Positions 37,736-52,700 of a DNA stretch of 64,000 bases are shown here, piece after piece. The notes beneath the pieces were generated by a model that ran no database searches, had not been told where the DNA came from, and saw only the letters and a program-made list of their open reading frames with translations. Position numbers and translations under genes: made by a program. The stretch's first letter is position 1. Every line of letters starts with the position of its first letter. The DNA is from Bugula neritina (Eukaryota; Animalia; Bryozoa), in NCBI GenBank assembly GCA_964035545.1, contig OZ037766.1, positions 21,068,767 through 21,132,766 on the forward strand. Direction: 5' to 3'.

Positions 37736-40700
37736 CGTCTAAATTATGATGAGCTACATTAAACTACCCTAAAAGTGGTCCCTTTGAAATAAACTGAAAC
37801 TTGCACTTGCATTTTATACCAATACAACTCAGCAACAAAGAAACTAATGATTTGGAATTATAACTCATAAATAAGTAGACGATTGACAGGACAAACAGCA
37901 TCACCTGAGTAAGATGCAGATCATAAAACTACAGTTGTGTTCGTATCATGTGTTTGAACACTCGCTCAATTCGTTCAGTCTTCTGAAAATATATAGATGT
38001 GCCTACTCAATATCAAACCTACCAGCTCCAGACACCTGCTGTTCCAAGTCATTCAGCATTTTGTCGAGTTCTTCTTGAGTGGATATTCCTCTAGCGTCAT
38101 CAGGTTTTCTGTTAAATAACTGAAGGCTCTCCTCATCAAACTGAGAGCCATCTCTCTCGCCACCTTCTAACTCCTAGAGGAGACAAGAAAGTTGGAATTT
38201 TATTACATAAATATTATGTGCTTTTGATCAAGCATAGAGCATAGAGCAAATATCCTGAAAAGGTGCCACCCAAGATAGACGCTTCCCAATTAGACGCTAT
38301 TTATTTATTTATTTCAGTACAATATATATTTATATGCAATTTATTTGAATATTATTAAAATATACCTATATTTAAATAAATTTGGAACAATTGCATGTTA
38401 TTTAGCACATACATAAAGACTGACTAAATGAACAGTTATTATAAAGGAAACATGCTCACCTGCCGGTCTGGGAGCCCTTCGATATACAACTCAACTTTTT
38501 GCTGATTGGTGGTATTTGGCATAGCCACCGACCTGTCCTTCCCTGCAAGAAGTCTATCAATATCAACTGCGTGCTTGCTGCCCGAGAGATCTTTGAGTGT
38601 TATGGACATGTTTGAAGTGATAGACTTGTGTGTGGCTGTGAGGTATGGTTCTGGCCCGATCCAACTCAACAGCACTGGTAGCAGACCCAGACCATTGAAT
38701 AAACCAAACACTACCACCAGGAAAAACACCTAGACAACAGATGAATATGTATGAGGAGAGTTATGTCACTGCAGTTATTAACAACTCATGTTGATAGTGA
38801 ATTCATACTTATCAACAATTCATGCTAAATGCTAATTGTGAACCTATACAGTGCATGTGCGACTTTAGAATACAAAATGAAATGTTATAGTATTCAAAAT
38901 ATGTCACGGAAATAAATTCACATGTTTCAGACCATAAATGCAAAATCTTGTAACTGCAAGTTCCGAAGATTTTTTAAAGCTGTAGCCATACAAAACTTCT
39001 GGACCCTGTCATAAGGGTCCAGAAGTTTCATTCAAACTATGTTTAGGTAATAAGAAGTTTTATGCAAAGGAAAATAATATTAAATGAAGTTGGGCTATTA
39101 TAAAGCTATTCTTCAAAATAAATATGTTAGCATATAATAACTGAGAAGGATTTAGTACAAATATTTAGTCCAGAAATCAATCAAGAAATTTACATAATGG
39201 GTGTTTCTGGTAACATTATTTGAATAGGTCACCAGACTTGAATGAGAGAACTTATCAAATACGTAAAAGTTACGGTTGGTTTATATCTCTGCTGAAAAAG
39301 TACCGAGTTTCAGTTAACATAAATCATCTAAGCACCACAAGTTATAGTTTTAATGAAAATCGTTGAAATCATATTGACGTGGAAACTACTCTCTGATAAT
39401 GAAACATGACTCGCTTAATCGCTATTTGATGCTCTTTGAAAACGTAATGAGTTATTTGAGTCGACAGCACAAAAGCGTTGATTGAGAAAGGCAGTCGATA
39501 TATTTATGAATACAAACACCAATATTTACATGGAGTTATCATTCCTTTTTATTGTTATTTTAAAATAGGACGACTAAGTTATCACAAATAAAAAATTTTG
39601 AAGAATGGCCTTTACAATGCAATGCAACTAAGTAAAATTTTCAAATCGGCCAAATTGAATTTCTGACTGAGATCGTGAAGGTATAAACTTTAGAAACTGA
39701 TTGCTCAAAAGTGTGTATTTAACAAATCTAACTATGACTTGAAAGCAGGCTAACTACAAGTATAATTTTAATGAGTGATTGTTTATAGTTACTGCACTCA
39801 CCTTGAAAAAAGTAATAAACACGTAGGAGTTAGAAGTGGCTAGAAGAATAAAAGCCAGGAATGTGCTGAACCCTCCATTAATGATGGCTGAACCCATAGT
39901 TGCCACGGTGATTTTTGCTCTTTCTATATAGAAATAAACACATAACTCTATCACATGCACAAGTTAAGATACCAAACAAGTATGATCTATACTGAAGTCT
40001 TTTTATGCCAAGATAAGGCTCACAAATGTTTAGCTACTGAACTTAGAAACAGTTGGTAGAAAGACAGGCATATGTGACATACAGATGCAAATTTCTTATG
40101 AGCTAGCAGAAATATTTTAGACAGTACAAAATAAAGTAACTGATAGATAAAAATCTGATTTTATTAAAAAACCAGAGCTAGATTATTGCAACATGAAAAG
40201 ATCACATACACATGAATACATGTATAAAGATTAATAAGTGACACCAATTTTCAGGCTAAGAACAATTGAAAATTTCCTATCCATTCCGCAACTATATCTA
40301 GACGTAAATTGCTTGATATTTTAAATTTACTAATCAGTTTTTAGCTGTTTGCATATTCAGTGACTTAATGGAAATGTACCAAGAGTGTATATGCACCAGT
40401 TGTAACAAAACCCAGTAAGAAAAAATTAAATATTGAACATTGAATAGTATGACTTAAATTGCTACGCATCCCAAAAATGTAACCACTTACGTTTTAATGT
40501 GCAGCATAACTTATCAAATTAAAACTAATGAAGTTAGTTACTAAGTTACTTGACAAATTGAGTAAAAACTCAGACCCAGTGAACAATTGCTATGTTGAAA
40601 AATGGCCAATTAGTTGTAGAATTGAGCAATATAAATTTCTTTAGAGGGAGAGCGCCTAAATAACCCTCTGTGCATATGGTATCCAGTTTATAGGCACTAG

Positions 40701-43700
40701 CTAGAATTGGTGAAACTTACAAAGCAAAGTTTATTATGCCAGTTTTTTGTTGTTGAAAGGCCTTCATTAGTAAAAATACACTAAATTATGATGCAACAAA
40801 CGTTTTTGCTTAAAAATGTGCTGACATGCATTGGCTGGTTTGACAAATAGTAAATCAGGGAGCTACCAAAGATGGGGACACTTGCAATCATAATCCTATT
40901 ATTGGGCAATACATGTAAATCAACTTCTATTCATAATACAAAATACTAAAATTATATAGAATATAATTTTTAAATCTTATAATACAGCTATCAAATAAAA
41001 TAATATAATATTCTAATAAATAAGACAAGCATGTTATTTTTACTTGGCCTAGAGCTTGAGTCCACAGTTACATTTTAAGAGAGTTAACCATGCTACAATC
41101 ATCAACTAGACATTAGACTACACACCTTACTCGTTCATAGCTGATATGATAGTGTGATATACTATGATAAAGTGTGATATGATACAGTGTGATATGATAT
41201 GCTGTCATATAAAATCATATAACAATGTAATGAAACAGAGCTACACTTGCTTAATAATCACGTGTAGGCACTACAAAGCAAAGCAGTGCTAGAAACTACA
41301 GTTAGATTTGCATGGGTTTAATATTTAACTAAACGGTTGACAATATTGATACTTGGCAAACATGTTGAACTGTTAAGCCGGAAATTTCCCTGCCTGAGTG
41401 TGGCACGAAAACTTAACACAGACGGCAAAGTAGTGCAGATCCATGCAGTCAACATGCTGAGAGAATTTCACAAACAGTTTTTCCAGTAATGATCTAATTG
41501 GTTGAATACGATTTGGTGTTTTTGTTTTTATTCTCATCAACTAAGAATTATTACCAGCGAGAATTTAAAATGAAATAACTCAAAACATTTGCAGCCAATC
41601 CATAACAAATTTACGATTGGTCACTCTAGTTTCACCCCCCCCCCCTTAGCAACATATTGCGTGTGGTAGGATAAATTCGAACTTGAAACTCTGATGTGTG
41701 TTAAATTTTCCTAAAGCTAGCTACTCTAATGGTTAGGTAGTGTTAAGTTTCTACTAAACTCATGCAATTACTCAAACTATCGACTTTCAACTTAGCTTAG
41801 GGTCTCACAGGTGACACGACAAAACATCAACTTTAAACAAGAACAAGAACTTCGAAGCATTCCGATTGAGTGAACAAATGGAAGAATAAGATTAAAACAC
41901 ATGGACTTCAACTTAATCAATATTTCAATTATACAATCAGAGATGAAAAGCAAAAGGTGTAGAAATCTAAATTCCTAACCAAAATTAGTATGAATATATT
42001 CAAATATGCAGAGGAAAAAAGTTAGGCCTACAATATTTTGTGGCAATTCACAACATAGTTATTTACTTAAAAAAATATATGATATTGACCCATGTTGTGT
42101 AGAAGCAAATCATGATTTAAATAAAATACAAGCAAGCAAATTTCATGAGTAAAATCTGGAAAATGCAAATTTTGATGTATCAACACTTCAAAATCTTTGT
42201 ACAACAAATACGAAAAATCAAATGTAAGAAAAGCTACATATGTGCTAATTACTAAGAGCTAACTATTCAGCTTGTTCATTTCTAAAAGATTTCACTCTTA
42301 AAATATTTTTTTCAGTTAACACTCACTTAAAATAGATATATAATAAAATGTAAATACATCAAAGTTTTAACTAAAATTAAACCATAAGTAAGTAAAAGCC
42401 ATCTGAGTCGTTTTTCAAATTTCATAGAATAAATTAAATTTCATCAACACATTTGAATTCACTCATATGTTGCAACTAAATTATATTTTTGAACTATTAA
42501 CATTATATTACCATCTTTATTGTCGACACCTTTGAACATACAAGAAAATGAAGTGCATATAAAGCAATGAGCTAGCAAAGCAATCAATACACCTCCAAGT
42601 TATAAAAGAAAAGAAAACTCCAAATATGAATCCAAGGTTAAAGCACATATTAAAATACATTTTACAGCTGTGTAATTATTTTAACCATAAATTTAAAAAA
42701 CAACGTAAAAAAATTGAAAATTGTCAGTAAGCAGCTGAATAGAAGAAGAAAAACTAGACAAAGGGGTGTAGTCTAAAAGAGACAAGGTACAATATCAAAT
42801 GTTATAGAATCTATTTACTAAACAAATCTCATGATCAGGATACACAATTTATTTAGAACGATGGGGAAGGGTAGTAACATTACAAATAAAGGTAAGACAA
42901 ATGTAAATAGACATACCATTGCGAGTTCCAGCAACAGTCATAAATGTGTGGCCAATGTGGGCGGAGTAATCTATGGCAAGGCCCAGTGACAGAATGAGAA
43001 GAATAGATGTCAGAATGTCTATAGTTAAGTTCCAAAAGTGCATCATACCACACACATTCACCTAGAGGAGATATACAGACTAAAACAGACTGCAATAGTT
43101 CAGAGAGCAGGGTTCCAGACCTGCTTTAACTATACTTGAAGATACACAAATATTACATTGAAACATGATATGTATATGCTAAAGTACTACAATGGAGCAG
43201 CTGTGGTCTAGTAGTAAGAACATGGGTTAGTAAACACAAGGCTAGCGGTTCGAATCCCAGTAAAAGCCATTGCAATGTTAGGAAGGACATAATTGCTCCT
43301 TTGTCACAATAGGAAACAACTCTTTAGCCCGCTTAGAAAACTCTGTCTATCGGCTTTTCTCACACAAGAATAGCAACTATACACCCACGTGAATTATTTT
43401 GGGGTACTAGTCAACTTAATTTTAGAGTTGCCTTCTCACACTGTACAAAAACTTGCCTACTTTTTGACATGGTATTGCTGAATCTAGTGTTGGTACTACA
43501 ATATTATGTTTATTACTATTTGTACGATTTCAACCAGCTAAAATACAGGGCAAAAATTCTAACAGTGAAACACTTGAGTAAGGCAGCAAGGTATGTGACT
43601 TCAGAAAAGTTGAAAGCTTTAAACTCTATTTTAATGTTTGGTTTTTCGAATTTTCCCATTGATGTGCTTTTAATGTTTAAATTCTGATAAAAGCATTTCC

Positions 43701-46700
43701 AAGATATTGCAGCATATTTTATGTAAGATAAATGGAGTTAATGCCATCTACTGGAACTGTTGATTATACATTTCCTCAGCTTTCCTCTTATTTCTTGCTT
43801 TAGGAAGTGCAGATGTCGAAGTTTCAGCTCAAATACAGAGAAACTCAATCAAACTTCACAGACAATAAATTGGATAGCTGGTGAACTTACCAATGTGATG
43901 ATAACACTGAGGCAGACTAGGAGACACACCCTCAAGTTGGCAACTAGTAGCAAAGTCACTATAAACACAGCTGCGAATGCTAACCCTAAGTTAGTGTAGA
44001 GCTCATTCCCTAAAAGTAAACCACAACTAGTGTCAATTTTCAGGAAACCAGTCTATTTGGGTAATTTTACCTAATTTAGTACACACTCAAAATCTCAAGT
44101 TTTTAGCTATGTTTCACAATTTAGTTGCTATTGTATATAGGTTCTTGCCAAAAACTAATAAAACATCAGTAGATGCAAATAAATAATCAAGGTTCTTTTT
44201 TATTTTGCTAAATTTTCAATGTTTTTTCTAATTATTTCACTAATTTAGATTTGCGGACCGTCACGGTTTTTTTTCGTGACTGTTTGCAAATCCAAATTAG
44301 CTGAATAACTGGAAAAAACCATGGGAATCGAGCAATATCGAAAAGAACCTTGATTATTTAGTTATATTTTTTATTTATCTCACTATTTTAGAGCAAAAAC
44401 CCATATAAATCAGCAGCTAAACTGTCAAAAACAGCTAAACACTGGAGATTTTGAGTGAGTATTAAATTAAGTAAACTGACTCATTTACTCATCAAGTAAA
44501 ATGACTCAATTTTCAGACTTTTGAAACTTCATTTTTGAGTTTCAAGTCAGCCAGATAATAACAAGGGTTGACAGAGAAGCTAAAGCAACATATTAAATAA
44601 TCATAGTATGCTTTTAGTTCAATATTACCCCAGAGCTTACCAATTACTCTGTTGGTCTCCCAGTTTCTAAAACCAGGGCTCCACACGAATGCCTCTCTAC
44701 CATAGTGAAACTCTGTTAGGTTCTCAAAGAATGTCAGGCATTTCACTTTGGCATCTGTTGAATCAAGGTCTTTTATACGAAAACTTATTTTGGAAGCCTA
44801 AGAAAGTTAATACAATTAAAGAATATACGAAGATATATATTAAATGCTTATGAAGACTTGATTTGTTCAATTATTACATAAATGAAAGGCAGTGCTTTTA
44901 CCATGGTAAGGGTAATATTGGCAGTATTGGTTCATTAGTATACAAACGCAATATATTAAAACAAACGCAACAAAATTAGAAAAAATGTTTGGACAAACAT
45001 TGATTAAAAAACAATTGTATATTTGACTGCATATAGTCAAATTATTTGAACTGAATTTTATGAGGGAAAGAAATGACATGTTAGACTGGTGATGCAATGG
45101 TTCAGAGCTTCATATATAAACATTGTAATATGGTTACCTTAGTTATAAGCAGGGAATGTAGGTGAAGGACTTATCGAGCTAATAGATGCTGGTAACTTTA
45201 GTGAGTCATATGCACTCATTAAACATAACATTACAATATTAGTCAGACCTTATTGAGTAGTTATTCAGAATAACGCATAAAACTAAAGCACAGTAGTCAT
45301 CACTTCAATGTAGAACTGCTCCGAAATAATACAAAAGTATATTTTTACCTCCAGTCTCCGAGTATTGTTGGGGTTTGTATCGTTCCACTTGAGTAGAGGA
45401 TAGTACTGCCTCTCATATTTGCCAACAAAAACATTGAGTAGAGTGAAGTAATCTTGTTCTTTCTCAGGATAACCATCTGTAGGAATAAATATATCGTAGT
45501 GAAAGAACACCCATGACAACACAACACATATATCATAGTGAAAGAACACCTATGACAACACAATACATATATCGTAGTGAAAAAACACCTATGGCAACAC
45601 AACACTTATATCGTAGCGTAAGAACACCCATGACAAGACTGCTATATGTCTCAAATCCGGATAAAACCTGAATTTATTATTAACACTACTTCAAGTGATT
45701 ATTACTACTTTCACCTAAAAAGTTCTAAATCAGCTCGCCCAAATTTGACTAGATTATGTAAAAAAGGGCAATTAAACAATATATAAATGAATTCGTGTAA
45801 AAAGAAGCTATTCGCAAAAATGACATACAGTACATCCAAGGAAGGTCAAGGCCATAGTATGCTACATTGTTTGCTTCTCTTGTCTCCAGCCATGCTATGT
45901 ACTCTCTGTGCCAGTTCACTAGAGAGCCTTCGATGATGTAGCCACTGGATTCTATATCTTTTACCATAGCCTCAATTCTATCAGTGTCATTGTAGTATGT
46001 GATGTTGCCTACAGGTCATCAGGGTAAAGGTATTTTCATATCACACTTGATACAATCATAATTTTTAGCTATTATAATTGAAATTTTATACAAAAGTGAA
46101 AGATAAATTTTTATCTTATCTAGAATAACACGTCATTTTGTTTTTAAAAAACATCACTCTATTTTAAAAATTATTACTGAAGCTAATTTTTTTCAAAAAC
46201 TTCTTTAAAATTGCTTTTAATAACAGTGTTCCTCTAATTCTTCTCAATAAAATATAACACTAATAAGTCTAGATATGTGAATTATAGAAAGTTTAGTGTT
46301 AAGACACTGAGTATTTCTAGTTTCCAATGTAAAAGTTAGTTGTTATCAGTACCAATACATTGTTTTCATTGTCATGAAGTTTGGTAGTTACTGTATTAGC
46401 ATTAATGTATATATGTGCAAACAAATTATAAAGGCGAAATCATAATATGCACACAAGGTAAAATTAAACAATACAATTTATAATATATTATAAATATTTG
46501 GTTTTTATTCATTAAATATAGCATATTTTACAATGTATAAAACAAGTTGATCGAACTAATAAGCCTAAAGTTGCGTTTATACCTCTGCTGAAAAAAGTAC
46601 CGAGTTTCACTTAATAACGCTTGTCCGAGTACCCCTTTATAGTCAAACTGAAAATTGTTGAAATCATATTGATGCGGAAGCTTACTTTCTAAAATTGAAA

Positions 46701-49700
46701 TCTAACTCACCTAATCGCTATTTGATGCCCTTTGAAAACCTCGTTAATTAGTGAAGTTGACAGCATAAAAGTGATAATTGAGAAGGCGTAGGCGATATAA
46801 TTATTACCATATATAGGCAAGACATCTAATCGCCAAAACCATAATTAAATAACGATAGTTACAAGGAGTTATTACTCCTTTTGAGCATTATTATGAACTC
46901 GGCTGATTAACTCATCACAGTACAAAATTTTTTAAGAGTGGCTTTTACGGTGCAATGCAAATCGGAGAAATTTCAACTTGGTGAAATTGAATTTCTGACT
47001 GAAAATCGTGAAGGTATAAACGCAACTTAAAGGCTTCTAGTACCACAGAAACAGTATTGAGCGTAGAAAAACCTCCAAGCTAATAGCCTTAGCTGTTCTG
47101 CACACAAAAAGACTCACCGATGTAAAGGTCTGACAACATTCCGTCACCAAAATATGTATCGTATCGGTTGAAAAACTTGGTGAGGTAAGAGTCAGTTGGG
47201 AGGAACCAAGCAAGGTTGGAATCAGTCTTTAGTAAGTAAGTGCCATACGAGCTCACTCCCAGTAGACACATGACCAGGGTGAGTACTAACACCTTAATAA
47301 ATATGACATTTATTTCTCACATGGGTTGCCAGACTTAGTCCCATATAAAAGTAGAAAAGAAAGTGTAAAAGTTGGTGACTACTCTGATTATGCGAGTAAA
47401 GCTATTGAGTACAAGTAACTAGACAAGCAAATTGAGTAATCAGCTAATATAGCATAATTTTTGAGACATTCTGGTGGATATGAAAACCAGTTTTTTTCTA
47501 TGAGGTTAGCAGTATTTCGGTTTCACACTCAACAAAATAATCACTTTCTTACAGTGATAAAGGTCAAAAATAAGGGTAAATAAAAAACAGAAAAACTACT
47601 TTAAGCGAAAGCAATTTCTAGGTAAGCTTTACTTGTTGAATAAAATTTGTGTTGTAAAATACCACATTCTTGTGGGACGGTGTAGAATGTGAACCAACCT
47701 TTATAGGTGTGGTAGTAAGAGCAGGGGCTAGAAACTTCCGAAGCATCCATGGTAGGAATTGAAACTGGCTACATTTGTTGGGCACAAAGTTATAGTACTT
47801 GATCCAAATACAGCAAGCATCTCTGCTGGCATCTTGTCTCCTCTGGTCTATAGTCAGCCACGCCACAAAGAATGTCGATTGCATGATGAATAGAAACAGG
47901 ATCCCTAGAGCTGCGTAGATGCAGAATGACTTTAGAGCGGGCAGTGCCTGCAACAGAATATGTGTCAGTTTACTTCATTTAGTACACACCAGCAAATTAT
48001 GACCTAACATTAAAGTTTGCTCAAAATCCATTGAAATTTACTATACATGGTATTTTTATGTGCTGGTTTTAACTACGCATAACAGAAAAGGCTGGAAGGG
48101 GATTCCCTAACATTAAAGCACAGGTCATTGTCATATGCACTTAATATTCTATATGTGCAGACCGTTACGAAAAAACCGTAACGGTCTGTAACCAAAACTA
48201 GCTGAATAATTAGGGAAAAACGTAGGAAATGAAGCAAAATTAAAAAGAACTTTGATTATTTAGGTGTATTTATTGGTGTTTTACTAGTTTTGGCCAAAAA
48301 ACAATGTTCATTACCAGCTAAATTGTGAAAAATAGCCAAAAACTGAAGATTTTGAGTGTGTACTAAATTAAGTAAAACGACCCATATATAACACAAAGAT
48401 AAGCAAAACATGCACACAGGATTCTAGCTAAAAATTTGCTAAATACAAGCAAATATTCAGTCAGTACACACCGTTGAAGCACCAATAGCGAAGGCGACAA
48501 AGTCAGTAACTGAAGTGACAGTTATCGAAACACCAGCGTGCTTCATGGCAATGGCTACTTTTTCAGGCAGAGGTTTCTGTTTTTCAAAAGTTGAGAGGTT
48601 ATTCCAAGCTTCAATGATCACAAACATATCATCTACACCTAAACCTGAATAAAATGTAACAATTGAACAAGCTATTGAATAATTATCATTTTCAAAAACG
48701 TATTTCTTGAAATTAAAAAATACTTGAGAAAACATAACTTTAAGTGGGAAACATGAAGATCATATAAAAAATACATCTGGCAATCCAAACTCCCAATTGA
48801 GACACACACATTGGAGTCATGGCTACAGACAATCATGCATTGGCTTCCATCATAAACGGGCAAAACTTTAATAAATGGAAAGGCAGTGATTGAATGCTTA
48901 CCAAGTAACAAAAATGGCAATATCGGATGAATGGGGCCATAAAACTGGCCAAGAGCAGAAGCTAACCCATATGACACTAAGATAGCCAATCCTATTCCAA
49001 AGACTCCAACTAGAGCTAGATAAACCTGAAATAATATTGACTGAGCATTAGATGACACTTGCATGAACAATTTGGTAATATGACCTACAAAATGTTAATC
49101 TATAAATATAATTCCAACGATAAAAATTACAAATTTAATTTTTGCAAAGCTATAAATGTAACTACGCTGATCATAGTCTAACCTTATGTTCAACTTCATT
49201 AAATTTTCCCATAACAATGGCCACATAGCAAATGATGATAACGATACCAGCTGCCAATAGTATGACGTCAGCCTCGAATGACTGGTCCGACTCATCACGG
49301 AAACTGTAACAGACCAACAGGAAGTGCATAAAGAATCAAATAAATATCACAATTCAAACAGACCATGTTCGGAACATTAATGAAACCATCACATCCGAAA
49401 CAATATAGGTGAGCATTGACAATAGAGATGAATCATTCTTATAAAACTCCAGTAAATAAATGACAATTGTAACTCGAAAAATAGCATTTCTGAGAAACAA
49501 ATGAAAATTTCATTAAAGTAACAAGTTGGACAAAAGTTTTAAAGTTTCTTTTCAACTCTCAACTTTAAAACATTAAGACTTTTAAAGAAATATAGTTAAA
49601 AGGATTGAGAAATTCATACAAGAAATACTGAAATTAAATTTCAGTATAGCTATTGATAGATACAAAATGAAAAAGGTTTTTGCTCTAATATCTATAAAGG

Positions 49701-52700
49701 AAATGTTCTAAAATAGCAATCACCTTCGTACTGCCTTAACATCAACAGACTTTAGGGCTCCTCCTTCTCTCTTTCCAAATCGCTGAGCTAAACTAACAAA
49801 TCTTGTTTCCCATAGCAAATCTGGAGCCTAAAATATTGGACATTTTCTAAAAAACTAAATTTGAGCAGTTTTTGCGGGTTTATGGCAGAGATAGAAATTG
49901 GTACTCCTTTTAGCATCACAAATAGTTTGATAAAAACCAGAGTCTCGGCACTTTCTATTTGAAAACGGTTCAATCTTTAGATGTCATGACTGACCAAAGT
50001 GCTAAACAATGAAAATGCCAACATATATAATTACCTAAATAAAATTAACAACTCATATTGTCTCACATTTAATCTAATAAAAATTAGTTTAAATAGTGTC
50101 TGATATAAAATAACAAAAAAATAATTTGCTAATATTTTAAATTTTATTGGTAACTAAAAACACATATACAATCATGAATATTTTTTTCAATCAATATTTA
50201 AGAATGTAACACAGTGATGTTTCATGTATGCTATTATATCAGCTAGAACACAACGTTCCTAGTTGTACTTGAATTAAAAATGCTAACATCTAAAGTTATT
50301 CTTTTTCCTTTCAAATGCCTATTGTTTTTCATAGTAATAAACTACCACAGAAAAACATGAAACCAGTATTAAAAACTAAACTGTTTTTATGGCAACTGAT
50401 TTAATAGGAATTCAACTTACATCAATCCTCGTATTCAGTTCATCACCGCTTGTAGCTTTAATAGCATACACCAGCTTTGCTGCCTTGGCATTGATGATGC
50501 CGCCATCGATATTGAAGGTCAGGTCACCTAGCCAGTCGCTGCCCTCAAACGGGTCATCAAACACTGGACTTCGTTCTGTATATGCTAATAGGTTGATAAT
50601 CTCTGAGGATGACTTCAATTTATTGATACGGGATTCATCAAACTCCCACAATTCAAGTATACTGCGGGAAACACATTTACCCGGCCCATATCTGCAAATA
50701 TAAACTGAGACTCTTGGTCTAAGGAGAACACAGTAGACATTAGTGAAAAAACTTGAAGTTTATAATTGTTGATATGACTATCATATGAATAAAAGTAGCG
50801 CATAACAGACATTTGGCTGAAACAATTTTCAAAAGGACTTACATTCACTAACATTTGTTTGTTATAACTGTACAGCTAGAGACTAATGAATTTTAAAAAA
50901 AATTGCTTAAATATGTTCTACCATGCAGGATACTAAAATGACCAAAAGAATTATAATTAGTGTGCCTTAAATAATGTTGTAAAACCAGTTTACTTCCTAT
51001 ATTATATAAAAGCTTTTACTTTCAAAGTAAAAAATACAATAAAACCAGTCATAAGTGCCATAGTTAAATTAATAAAACTTGCAGGCTAGCGGTGCGAGCG
51101 TACTTACGGGATACATATACTGGTCCAGTTGAATTCTAATATATCATTTTGAGAGTTGTTATACTCAACCATCTGTTTGACAGCTGTATCAATTTCAGAC
51201 ATCTACAAGAAGACAAATTTTAAATATGAGAAGGAGGAGGAAATGTTCGGCAATGGAACGGAGAAAACGCATTAGTGGAACATAAAGTATCAGTAAAAGA
51301 GAAGGTAAAACAAACTAGTACATTAATAACACCGAGAACACATCATCAGTGAAACTAATAGCAACACATCACATAAGTATATTGCAGTGGCATCAAGTGT
51401 GAGTATTGGTGAAACAAAGATCACCTCACGTAACGCTGCCGGCGATAGTATGTTGTCAGCAGTTACTAGTATGACGTTATACCGAGCTCTGAGGGGAAAC
51501 TCCTTCTCTGTCCATAACTGGTTAGCTTGTACCTATAAAAACACTCCAAAATTATAACATATCTAAATATAATAACATATTACGTAAAACTTATCCTCAG
51601 ACCAGATTAACACACAAACAAGGACTTTGTTACAAAAAATCAAATTATTGTAAACTCAATTAACTTAGACTGTAAAAGAGATATTATTACAAGTCACAAG
51701 AGATATCTACTGACAACTTAGACATCCAATAAATAACCTAGCTAGCATCTACTCTCAACTATGACAACAAATTATATGCAATAAAACTTATGGTAGCATT
51801 TTACCATGTGTCTAAAAATGATGACACAAATCGGACAAAGATAACCACCCTGACATTGAACGATTTTTTTTAAAAAAAAGGAAAAAATAAAAATTAACAA
51901 CATCTTGTTGTTTGATTATAATTCAAAGTTGAAAGATCAATTACATCCTATAGATAATAAGTTATAATAAACTACAAATTTATCATTACAATAATAGGTT
52001 TTGTGTATTCCCAAAAGAAAACAGACAGTACCTTTGACGTGACTGGAATCCATATTGGGGCTGAACTGTCTTTCACCTCAAATTTTATCATTCCGAGACC
52101 ACAAAGAGCGGAAACTAGAAAGCAGCATAGTATCACCGTCCATGGACTAGAGGCTATGCCATGACCTAAACTGTAACACAAACAAACAACTCTACAGCTC
52201 TAAAGCTTCCCACTCGTATGCGTTATTACTAGCCTCACCCAGCTATTTATGCATCATAATTAGTAAATTCAAAAATTAACTTGCAATCAACAGTTGACAT
52301 AATGTCTAATGGCTGAAGACTAACTTATAAAAGAATGTTTCAAGACTATGTGATACAGAAGAGCCTATGCGTTGCAGCGCATTTCGTTGGCATCTTTTAT
52401 TAGGACTTGGCTCAGCAGCTTCTTGCATAGGACATGCTTCATTTAGCCTAAAAATAATAAGTAGTAAAAACAATTACAATTAAAAAACTACACAAAATAG
52501 TTATGTTTTAGCTTTTTAGCCATCCATTAAATGCTTGATAGAAGTTGAAAAAAACCAGATTTTAATTCAAGTATATCCCAAGTTAAACAAGATTATGTAA
52601 GTCATCAAGTTAAGGCAGATGTAGCTCCGAAAAAAGCTTAACATTTATTTGCATATATTCAATTTACCCGTCTTCTAACTCCACTTGTTCCAGGTCAACC

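Noticed and set aside
41290-41790. Degenerate inverted-repeat element
   Set aside because: The arms are too diverged to support by eye
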